From Calditrichia bacterium (GTDB taxonomy: Bacteria > Calditrichota > Calditrichia > RBG-13-44-9 > J075): a stretch of DNA of 64,000 bases. Numbering within the stretch: the stretch's first letter is position 1; each line of letters begins with the position of its first letter. Where the stretch lies: contig JANQRS010000016.1 of the NCBI GenBank assembly GCA_028284445.1, positions 80,441 to 144,440 on the forward strand. Reading direction: 5' to 3'. Below are positions 56,983 to 64,000 of the stretch, piece after piece. The notes under the pieces were generated by a model that was given only the letters and a program-made list of their open reading frames with translations, was not told the origin of the DNA and made no database searches. A program made the position numbers and the translations under genes.

Positions 56983-58806
56983 ATGTCAACTTATATTCTC
57001 GGGCTTTCCGCCTTTTATCACGATTCTGCTGCTTGTTTGGTTAAAGATGGAACCATTGTCGCAGCCGCTCAGGAGGAACGTTTTTCTCGGAAAAAGCACG
57101 ACCATCGTTTTCCGGAACATGCAATCAATTATTGTCTTCGCGAGGCCGGTATTACCAAGGCCGATCTGACGCACGTTGCTTTTTATGATAAACCCTGGCT
57201 CAAATTTGAGCGTTTGCTGGAAACCTATCTGGCCTTTGCGCCCCGTGGTTTCGGCTCCTTCATCCGCGCGATGCCGCTGTGGATTAAGGAGAAGTTGTGG
57301 ATGGGAGAGATGATCCAGAAGCAAATTGGCTATGAGGGCCAGATGTATTATCCGGAGCATCATCAATCTCATGCCGCTTCTGCATTTTATCCATCACCCT
57401 TCCAGCGCGCCGCTTTTTTAACGATTGACGGGGTAGGAGAATGGGCAACGACATCCTGGGGCGTTGGGCACGATCACAAGCTTGATATTCAATATGAGAT
57501 GCATTTCCCGCACAGTCTTGGTTTGCTCTACAGCGCTTTCACCTATTATACCGGTTTCAAGGTCAACAGCGGTGAATATAAAGTGATGGGGCTTGCGCCA
57601 TACGGCGAGCCCAAATATGCCCAGCTGATCATGGATGAGATTATGGATTTGCGGGAAGACGGCTCTTTTAGGTTGAACATGAAATATTTCAATTACTGCA
57701 CCGGCCTTACCATGACCTCCAGGGCAATGGACGAATTGCTGGGCGGTCCGCCCCGCAAGCCTGAGAGCGAACTGACACAACGCGAGATGGATCTCGCTCG
57801 CTCAGTCCAGGAGGTGACGGAGGAGGTGATGCTGCGAATGGCCCGTCATATTCGCAAAGAGAGCGGTGAAAAGAATCTTTGTATGGCCGGTGGTTGTGCC
57901 CTGAACTGTGTTGCTAACGGCAAGATATTGCGAGAAGGCATTTTCGACAATATCTGGATTCAGCCTGCTGCCGGTGATGCCGGCGGCGCCCTCGGTGCAG
58001 CAATGTTCATCTGGCATAATACGCTTGAGAAGCCGCGGAAGGCCGACGGCGCGAAAGATTCACAGCGCGGCTCCTATCTTGGACCGGAATTCAGCGACGA
58101 ATCAATCGATGGTTGGCTCGCTGAAAACAAATATCCATTTACCCGCTTTACCAATGGCGATGTCCCGAAAAAGGTGGCGGAATATATTGAGTCGGGTAAA
58201 GTGATTGGCTTCTTCTCCGGGCGAATGGAATTTGGGCCACGGGCATTGGGCGGGCGCAGTATTATTGGTGATGCCCGCAGTCCGAAAATGCAGTCCATCA
58301 TGAACCTGAAAATCAAGTATCGTGAGTCGTTCCGGCCTTTTGCACCGTCTTGTCTGGAAGAAGATGTCAGCAAATTTTTTGATATAGAAGAGCCGTCGCC
58401 ATACATGCTGCTGGTGGCGCCGGTGCGTGAAGAACGGCGCATCAAGCTGAATGAAGATGAGAAGCAGTTATTCGGCATCAAGAAGCTCAACATACCGCGC
58501 AGCGATGTCCCGGCAATCACTCATGTGGATTACTCGGCGCGCATACAGACGGTGGCGGCGGAGACCAATCCACCGTATTATGCGGCAATAAACGAATTCA
58601 AGAAGCGTACTGGCTACGGCATCATTATCAATACCTCCTTCAATGTTCGAGGTGAGCCGATTGTCTGTACCCCGCAAGATGCTTATCTCTGCTTTATGCG
58701 TACCGAGATGGACGTGCTGGTGCTCGGCAATAATATTTTGCTTAAAGAAGAGCAGCCGGAACTGAAGGGCGACGAAAATTGGCGAGAACTTTACGAGTTG
58801 GATTGA
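56983..58806 (+). CDS. NodU/CmcH-family carbamoyltransferase
   Basis: 'YHDSAA', 'HHQSHAASAF', 'GEYKVMGLAPYG', 'EFGPRALG', 'NTSFNVRGEPIV'. Confidence 0.96.
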   Translation: MSTYILGLSAFYHDSAACLVKDGTIVAAAQEERFSRKKHDHRFPEHAINYCLREAGITKADLTHVAFYDKPWLKFERLLETYLAFAPRGFGSFIRAMPLWIKEKLWMGEMIQKQIGYEGQMYYPEHHQSHAASAFYPSPFQRAAFLTIDGVGEWATTSWGVGHDHKLDIQYEMHFPHSLGLLYSAFTYYTGFKVNSGEYKVMGLAPYGEPKYAQLIMDEIMDLREDGSFRLNMKYFNYCTGLTMTSRAMDELLGGPPRKPESELTQREMDLARSVQEVTEEVMLRMARHIRKESGEKNLCMAGGCALNCVANGKILREGIFDNIWIQPAAGDAGGALGAAMFIWHNTLEKPRKADGAKDSQRGSYLGPEFSDESIDGWLAENKYPFTRFTNGDVPKKVAEYIESGKVIGFFSGRMEFGPRALGGRSIIGDARSPKMQSIMNLKIKYRESFRPFAPSCLEEDVSKFFDIEEPSPYMLLVAPVREERRIKLNEDEKQLFGIKKLNIPRSDVPAITHVDYSARIQTVAAETNPPYYAAINEFKKRTGYGIIINTSFNVRGEPIVCTPQDAYLCFMRTEMDVLVLGNNILLKEEQPELKGDENWRELYELD

Positions 58807-58827
58807 TTTTTTGATTGAATGAGAACC

Positions 58828-58869
58828 ATCCCCCCTGTATGTCCCCCCGGGGGGACATACAGGGGGGAT
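58828..58869. repeat. C/G-run palindrome, copy D (perfect, 42 bp)
   Basis: ATCCCCCCTGTATGTCCCCCCGGGGGGACATACAGGGGGGAT. Confidence 0.9.
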
Positions 58870-58904
58870 AATGACCAAATGTGAATTGAGTTTGAGGAAC
58901 GATA

Positions 58905-59306
58905 GTGAACACAAATAAAAAAAGCACTCCGCGCGAGTTGCGTAAATTCGGCCTGACGATGGCCATTGCCTTTGGGCTGATAGCAGCATTCCTTTTCTGG
59001 CGTCAAAAAGCAGCTGCGCCTTACATCGGCGGTATTAGTGGATTCTTTCTGCTGGGCGCCCTGGTCTTTCCTGAACTGCTGGCGCCGATCGAGAAGGCCT
59101 GGATGAAGCTGGCGATGGTTCTCTCCGCAGTGATGACGCGGGTCATCCTCGGTATCACCTTTTTCGCCGTCATCATGCCCATAGGTCTCTTATTGCGAAT
59201 CACCGGAAAGGATTTGCTGAGCCTTAAGCTGGAAGCAGACAAAAGTACTTACTGGCGTCCGGTTGAAAAAGACGGTCCCGGAACGAGGCCGGATAAGCCG
59301 TATTAA
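58905..59306 (+). CDS. SxtJ family membrane protein
   Basis: 'ELRKFG', 'LAPIEKAWMKL...ILGITFFAVIMPIG...KDLL...TYW'. Confidence 0.88.
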   Translation: MNTNKKSTPRELRKFGLTMAIAFGLIAAFLFWRQKAAAPYIGGISGFFLLGALVFPELLAPIEKAWMKLAMVLSAVMTRVILGITFFAVIMPIGLLLRITGKDLLSLKLEADKSTYWRPVEKDGPGTRPDKPY

Positions 59307-59417
59307 TGATAGTTGATAGTTGATAGTCGTTTGTTGATAGTTCATGACTGTGTTTACCGGGATTGATAAACTGGTGAGGAATAACGACCAACAACTGACA
59401 CCTAACAACTATCAACC
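59307..59417. repeat. Inverted heptamer array
   Basis: TGATAGT x3, CGTTTGT, TGATAGT, later mirrored by AACGACC AACAACT GACACCT AACAACT ATCAACC. Confidence 0.8.
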
Positions 59418-59438
59418 TAACCCTGTTGAGGAGCAATC

Positions 59439-59594
59439 ATGGCAACATCAAAAGTAGGCATGATCTGGGATTTTCTGAAGGTGCGGAAAAAGTGGTGGCT
59501 AACGCCGATTATCGTATTTCTTCTGCTGATGAGTCTCTTGATCGTATTGACGGAAGGCAGTGCAATTGCCCCGTTCATTTACACAATTTTCTAG
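59439..59594 (+). CDS. DUF5989 / SxtK-like small membrane protein (51 aa, not in the ORF track)
   Basis: GAGGAG RBS; translates as MATSKVGMIWDFLKVRKKWWLTPIIVFLLLMSLLIVLTEGSAIAPFIYTIF*, with the RKKWWL.P and APFIY signatures. Confidence 0.92.
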   Translation: MATSKVGMIWDFLKVRKKWWLTPIIVFLLLMSLLIVLTEGSAIAPFIYTIF

Positions 59595-59611
59595 CAGATA
59601 TGTCAGATTCA

Positions 59612-59644
59612 AACAAAGGCGGCCATGGCCGCCTTTGTTGTTTT
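59612..59644. terminator. Probable bidirectional terminator
   Basis: Perfect palindrome AACAAAGGCGGCCATGGCCGCCTTTGTT followed by a T-rich tract. Confidence 0.75.
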
Positions 59645-59675
59645 GGGATGATCCCATTTTTGGAGTCGTATAAAA

Positions 59676-59766
59676 AATCCCCCCTATATGTCCCCCCGGG
59701 GGGACATATAGGGGGGATTCCTTGCTGCCAGGGGATTCTCTGCTTTCAGGGGATTCCTAGCTTTCA
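59676..59766. repeat. Palindrome copy E (perfect, 44 bp) running into an 18-bp triple tandem repeat
   Basis: AATCCCCCCTATATGTCCCCCCGGGGGGACATATAGGGGGGATT; GGGGATTC..GCT..CA units at 59713, 59731 and 59749. Confidence 0.88.
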
Positions 59767-61722
59767 TTCGTGTTTTACAAGTCTCCATTCCTTCCCATCC
59801 CATAGCCACATATCATCCAGCGCCTGGCGCTTGCCATCGCGTCCGCCAAAGAGTACAATACCGCCCAATCCGGCATGAAAGGCCATTGCGGTCATGTCGC
59901 GCGCCTGTGGGCCGCTTTCTGCAACCTTGCGCCATTGCTTGCCGTCCCACTCCCAGGTATCGCCATAAAGGATGTCCTCGTGTCGCGATTTTCCGCCGAA
60001 GAGCAGGATTTTGCCGGATTTTGAATGGGTTGCCATGCTGTGATTATTCCTGGCCGGCGGGACGTTCACCTCAAGTTGCGTCCAGCTTTTGCCGTCCCAG
60101 CTCCACATATCGCCAAGGGACTTCCCGCCTGCAAAACCGCCGAATAGAATTACGACTTGACGACTCGGATCATACGCCATTTGTCCACGCATTCTGTTTA
60201 CCGGTCCGTCGTCGCTGGTTTCGATCGGAAACCAGGTTTTGCCGTCCCATTCCCACATGATGTCATTGCCTCGGCCGCTGCCGCCAAATACGATGACGCG
60301 CTGACGGGCCGCATCATAGCCAACCGTCGGGGAGTGCCGAGGGGATGGGCCTTCGTCCTTCATGTGCTGCCACTGCTTGCCATTCCAGGTCCAGGTCTCA
60401 TTTTGCAAGTAACCCTCCTTGCCAATACCGGCAACTAGAAGCGTTTTACCGGCGCCTTCATGATGAACAATGGAATGACTGCTGCGAGCGGCGGGGCCAC
60501 TGGCTTCGTAATGATACCAGGCCTTGCCGTCGAACTCCCAGGTGTCGTTTAACAATTGCCGACCAGCGGTATTGCCGCCAAAAATGATGAGCTTGTCGCG
60601 GCCCTGATCGTGCGTCATTGCAAAGTGATCACGAGGTTGGGGAGCGAGCTTGGGTTGCGTGGTGTTCCGGGCAGGTTTTATCTTGGTCTGCTGCAGTAGC
60701 GATGCGCCGTCAATGATCTTCTCCGTCACTGAGGCAAGGCTTTCTTTCTTGAGCATATAAGCCGGTAGGTGGGCGTCCATTAACGGGTAGATTCGCTGAT
60801 AGGACATTTTTGTGCGCTTTACGTACATGTCATATTCTGTGAGACCTTCCTTCGCCAGCAAGTCCTTGGCGACTTTGCCGGATAGGTAAAAGAGGTAAGC
60901 ATGGTAGAGCTGCCGTGGCGCTCTCTTGCCTTTCACGTCGACGACATCACGAATTGTGCCGCTAATGAAACCACTGGTAGATTTGATCAGGTGATGGCTG
61001 GACTCGTGCAGTAAGAGCTCAAACCAATTGCCGGGCGGTTCATGATTCATTCGGGAATCCATAACGATATGTGTCGCGATGCGCGTGGTGGTGAAGGGAA
61101 TATCCCGTTTGGAATGATAGGAAATGTCAACGCGAATTTTCTCGCGCTGCCAGGGCGCCTTGCAGAGATCGCTCAACGCCTTCGAAAATTGAGCTTCGTG
61201 TTTTTGAATCCAATCAAGATTGGTATTGAGAACCGCCTGATTCGCAGCGTGATGCTTCTTCCAGAAATGCGAAAGGTATACATGCTTGATCTTGTTGAGC
61301 AAGTTGACATGTTCCCTTATTTCCTCGAGATCAGGCAAGTCGCCCTCGGCACCGAATTGAATCACCCAGCGCTTGAAGTGAAACATGTACCCGCTTCTGC
61401 GCAGGTCTTCTTTGAGGAGGTTATCGCGATAATATGCCAGCGCTTCTTTCAGTGCCTCTTTTTCCTGAGAATTGAGACTTGCATATACGTTTTCATCGGA
61501 TGGATATTCAGCCTTCGGATCGTAAGCAAATTCTGCCTGCCGGTACAAAAAGTGGTGCATGTTCAGCCATATATGACTGAAGAAGACAAAATGGTCGGTT
61601 TCAGCTTGAAAGCCGGGATCGGTCGCTTGGGGATGGACATAGTCACTGGCGTGCAGGCTAAGGGGGATCAAACATAAATTTAGCAGGAAAATCAGGCGCG
61701 TCGTCATCGAAATCTTTCGCAT
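59764..61722 (-). CDS. Secreted HExxH-domain + Kelch repeat protein
   Basis: Signal peptide, 'LLLHESSH', about six 'FGG...DTWEWDG..W' Kelch blades; AAGGAG RBS. Confidence 0.82.
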   Translation of the reverse strand: MRKISMTTRLIFLLNLCLIPLSLHASDYVHPQATDPGFQAETDHFVFFSHIWLNMHHFLYRQAEFAYDPKAEYPSDENVYASLNSQEKEALKEALAYYRDNLLKEDLRRSGYMFHFKRWVIQFGAEGDLPDLEEIREHVNLLNKIKHVYLSHFWKKHHAANQAVLNTNLDWIQKHEAQFSKALSDLCKAPWQREKIRVDISYHSKRDIPFTTTRIATHIVMDSRMNHEPPGNWFELLLHESSHHLIKSTSGFISGTIRDVVDVKGKRAPRQLYHAYLFYLSGKVAKDLLAKEGLTEYDMYVKRTKMSYQRIYPLMDAHLPAYMLKKESLASVTEKIIDGASLLQQTKIKPARNTTQPKLAPQPRDHFAMTHDQGRDKLIIFGGNTAGRQLLNDTWEFDGKAWYHYEASGPAARSSHSIVHHEGAGKTLLVAGIGKEGYLQNETWTWNGKQWQHMKDEGPSPRHSPTVGYDAARQRVIVFGGSGRGNDIMWEWDGKTWFPIETSDDGPVNRMRGQMAYDPSRQVVILFGGFAGGKSLGDMWSWDGKSWTQLEVNVPPARNNHSMATHSKSGKILLFGGKSRHEDILYGDTWEWDGKQWRKVAESGPQARDMTAMAFHAGLGGIVLFGGRDGKRQALDDMWLWDGKEWRLVKHE

Positions 61723-61780
61723 GGGCAGACGTACTCCTTTGTGCAAAGGTGCATTGCTTGGAAAGACCCCTGATTCAAAG

Positions 61781-61806
61781 AACGAAGCGCCGGTGCAAAA
61801 GTTACA
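61781..61806 (-). promoter_or_regulatory. ECF-type promoter of the Kelch gene
   Basis: Minus strand TGTAAC-16 bp-CGTT. Confidence 0.55.
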
Positions 61807-61807
61807 T

Positions 61808-64000
61808 TTATTCGTCCTGTAGGGCATCAACCGGATTTGCAACAGCTACGCGCAGCGACTGAATACTGACTGTTAGCCAGGTAACGAGCAAGATGCCCAC
61901 TCCGGCAGCGAGGAAAGTTGCCGGGCCGATCGAAATTCGAAAAGCGAATTCCTGCAGCCAATGATCCATAAAGTAATAGGCGAGCGGCATACCAATCAGA
62001 AAGGCAATGAAAACCAGGCGGGTAAAGTCTTTTGACAGCAACATCAAAATATCGGTCAGCGTTGCACCAAGCACTTTGCGAATGCCGATTTCCTTCGTGC
62101 GCTGCTGGACAATAAACGCTGAGAGTCCCAGCAAACCGAGGGCGGCGATGAACAGCGATATGATCGTGAAATAGCTGAAGAGCTGCCCCAACTGCATTTC
62201 CGTTTTGTACATCTGATCAAAGGCATCATCGAGAAAGTAATAGTCGAGTGGATAGTTCGGCGAAAAGTCCTGCATGACCTGACGCAAATAGGAGATGGTT
62301 TGATCCACGTTTGAGAACTCAACCTTCACCAGCATACGATTAAATGACCACCAGCCATCACCCACGAAGAGCGCCAGCGGCCCGACTGCCCGATGCAGTG
62401 AATGAAAATTGAAATCCTTCACAACCCCAACGATCGTAAACGTCTTTCCGAAGAAGTCGAATTGTTCACCGACAGCAGTTTCCCATCCCAATTCGCGCTG
62501 GAAGGTTTCGTTAATCAAGATGCCGCTGGTGCGATCGCTGGAAAATTCAGTTGACAGATCCCGGCCTGCAACGATCTCAAGGCCAAAAAGGTCTACAAAG
62601 TCGTCATGAATGGATGATCTATTAACCAGCAATTGCTGGCCCTCAGTGGCGCCTTTCCAGTTGCGAAAGGGCGTTGCCGAATTAACACCTGTTGGGTCAC
62701 TTCGTGACAAAGTGACTAGATCAATTTGCGGATGCCGCTCAAGCGTTTCCTTCAAGGCCGCATATTTGTGGTAAACGGCGGTGTCTTTCACCGCGATGGA
62801 AATAATATGTTCGCGATCTACGCCGGTGTCGGTATTCTGAATATAGTGCAGCTGCTGCTGAATAACGAGGGTGCCGATGAGTAAGGCGGTTGTCGCTGTA
62901 AATTGGACAATCACCAGAAGATTCCGCAATTGCACCTTGTTGCCTTTATGGCGAAAAACGCCCTTAAGAACGCTCACCGGCTGGAACCCGGAAATATAGA
63001 ATGCCGGATAGCAGCTGGCCAGGATACCGACGATGAAGCTGCTGAACAGCAGCAGAATGGGTATCGGGCTGGCGGAAAAAATCTCAAAATTGATGGCAGC
63101 GCCGGTCAGGTTGTTGAAGCCGGGTTGAAGGATCTGAACGGCACAGGCGGCCAGCAGTGTTGCCAAAAACGAGTAGACAATCCCTTCGCAAATAAACTGC
63201 AATGCCAGGTTTAAGCGTTGTCCACCAAGCGCCTTGCGAACGCCCACTTCTCTTGCCCGGGTCACGGAGCGGGCGGTGGCGAGATTGATATAGTTGATAC
63301 AAGCAACCATCAGTATTAAAACTGCAATTGCTGAGAAAAGGTAGACATAAAGAATATTGCCATTTGGGCCAAATTCGTGGTTGACCCGTGAATACAGATG
63401 AATGTCGGTGAGGGCCTGAGTTTGGAAGAGATCATCGCGGCCCGGATTGCGACGATAAGACTCGGTATCGGCTAAATACCTGTCGGTGAGTGCTTGCAAA
63501 CCGGCTTCGAAAACGGTCGCATCGCTTTCGGGCCGCAGCGCAACATAAGTCAGATAATTATTGCTATCCCAACGGTCCCGGTAATGCCGTAGATCCGGAG
63601 AAGATTCCGGAGAGATCATATAGTCGAAGTGAATATGGCTGGTTGGGGGCGGATCAGCTATAACGGCGCTTACCGTCATCGGCATGTTGCCGTCGTAGTG
63701 ATCACCTGCTTGCGTCACGGTCAACGTTTGGCCCAACGCCTTCTTATCGCCATAAAGCCGTTCTGCCATGGACTGCGTCAGGACAATGGAGCCGGGATCA
63801 ACAAGCGCTCGCTGCGGATTGCCACTGAGCACCTCAAAGCTGAATACTTCGAAAATTTGCGGCGTTGCATAGATGCCATCCTCAAATGCCCGGAATTTCC
63901 CGCTATGCACAAGAATACTGGCCTTGGTAATCTGCGCGGCCGCCTCCACCTCCGGAAATTCTGAGGTCAGCGATGTCAGAAGAGGACCGGGCGTGGCAGT
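61808..64000 (-). CDS. MacB/FtsX-type ABC transporter permease (5' end outside the window)
   Basis: 'ACINYINLATARS..RAREVGVRKALG' and 'QRTKEIGIRKVLGA'; the frame stays open to the window edge (TPGPLLTSLTSEFPEVE). Confidence 0.93.
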   Translation of the reverse strand, partial: TATPGPLLTSLTSEFPEVEAAAQITKASILVHSGKFRAFEDGIYATPQIFEVFSFEVLSGNPQRALVDPGSIVLTQSMAERLYGDKKALGQTLTVTQAGDHYDGNMPMTVSAVIADPPPTSHIHFDYMISPESSPDLRHYRDRWDSNNYLTYVALRPESDATVFEAGLQALTDRYLADTESYRRNPGRDDLFQTQALTDIHLYSRVNHEFGPNGNILYVYLFSAIAVLILMVACINYINLATARSVTRAREVGVRKALGGQRLNLALQFICEGIVYSFLATLLAACAVQILQPGFNNLTGAAINFEIFSASPIPILLLFSSFIVGILASCYPAFYISGFQPVSVLKGVFRHKGNKVQLRNLLVIVQFTATTALLIGTLVIQQQLHYIQNTDTGVDREHIISIAVKDTAVYHKYAALKETLERHPQIDLVTLSRSDPTGVNSATPFRNWKGATEGQQLLVNRSSIHDDFVDLFGLEIVAGRDLSTEFSSDRTSGILINETFQRELGWETAVGEQFDFFGKTFTIVGVVKDFNFHSLHRAVGPLALFVGDGWWSFNRMLVKVEFSNVDQTISYLRQVMQDFSPNYPLDYYFLDDAFDQMYKTEMQLGQLFSYFTIISLFIAALGLLGLSAFIVQQRTKEIGIRKVLGATLTDILMLLSKDFTRLVFIAFLIGMPLAYYFMDHWLQEFAFRISIGPATFLAAGVGILLVTWLTVSIQSLRVAVANPVDALQDE

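Noticed and set aside
56983..59594. Saxitoxin biosynthesis cluster
   Set aside because: Only sxtI/J/K-like genes are present; there is no sxtA, sxtG or other core gene.
59426..59878. 150-aa ORF from the track after sxtJ
   Set aside because: Wrong frame; it runs through the terminator and palindrome. The real gene is 59439-59594.

Overview
About 50% GC chromosomal window. Gene content (FlgD-Ig/T9SS-type C-terminal domains, GWxTD-like protein, peptidase-PD40-Omp85 fusion) suggests an FCB-related bacterium such as Calditrichota or KSB1; this is an inference. It contains a DUF4388 protein with a degenerate GTPase partner, an Fe-S membrane protein/flavoprotein pair, the rimP-nusA-L7Ae-infB-DUF503-rbfA-truB-ribF-rpsO-pnp operon, bioY-menHBACE, a penicillin acylase, lspA, a cold-shock gene, a half GlmU, large surface proteins, a receptor-like PP2C, proline and glutamate dehydrogenases, an Omp85/BamB-like/PEGA operon, an ECF sigma/anti-sigma/GWxTD-like locus, htpG, a pap-ppk1-ppx polyphosphate cluster, a carbamoyltransferase-SxtJ-DUF5989 trio (the last gene is missing from the ORF track), a HExxH-Kelch protein and an ABC permease cut by the window edge. 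I saw no tRNA, rRNA, CRISPR array or transposase. The most striking signals are non-coding: (1) five copies of a C-run/G-run palindrome whose arms co-vary between copies; (2) several families of 7-, 8- and 10-bp tandem repeats, mostly in inverted arrays, plus REP/REPIN-like elements in intergenic spacers; (3) a roughly 185-nt rod-shaped RNA structure between DUF503 and rbfA; (4) three matching ECF-type promoters; (5) an orphan gene under a paired operator. All calls come from reading motifs by eye; no searches were run.
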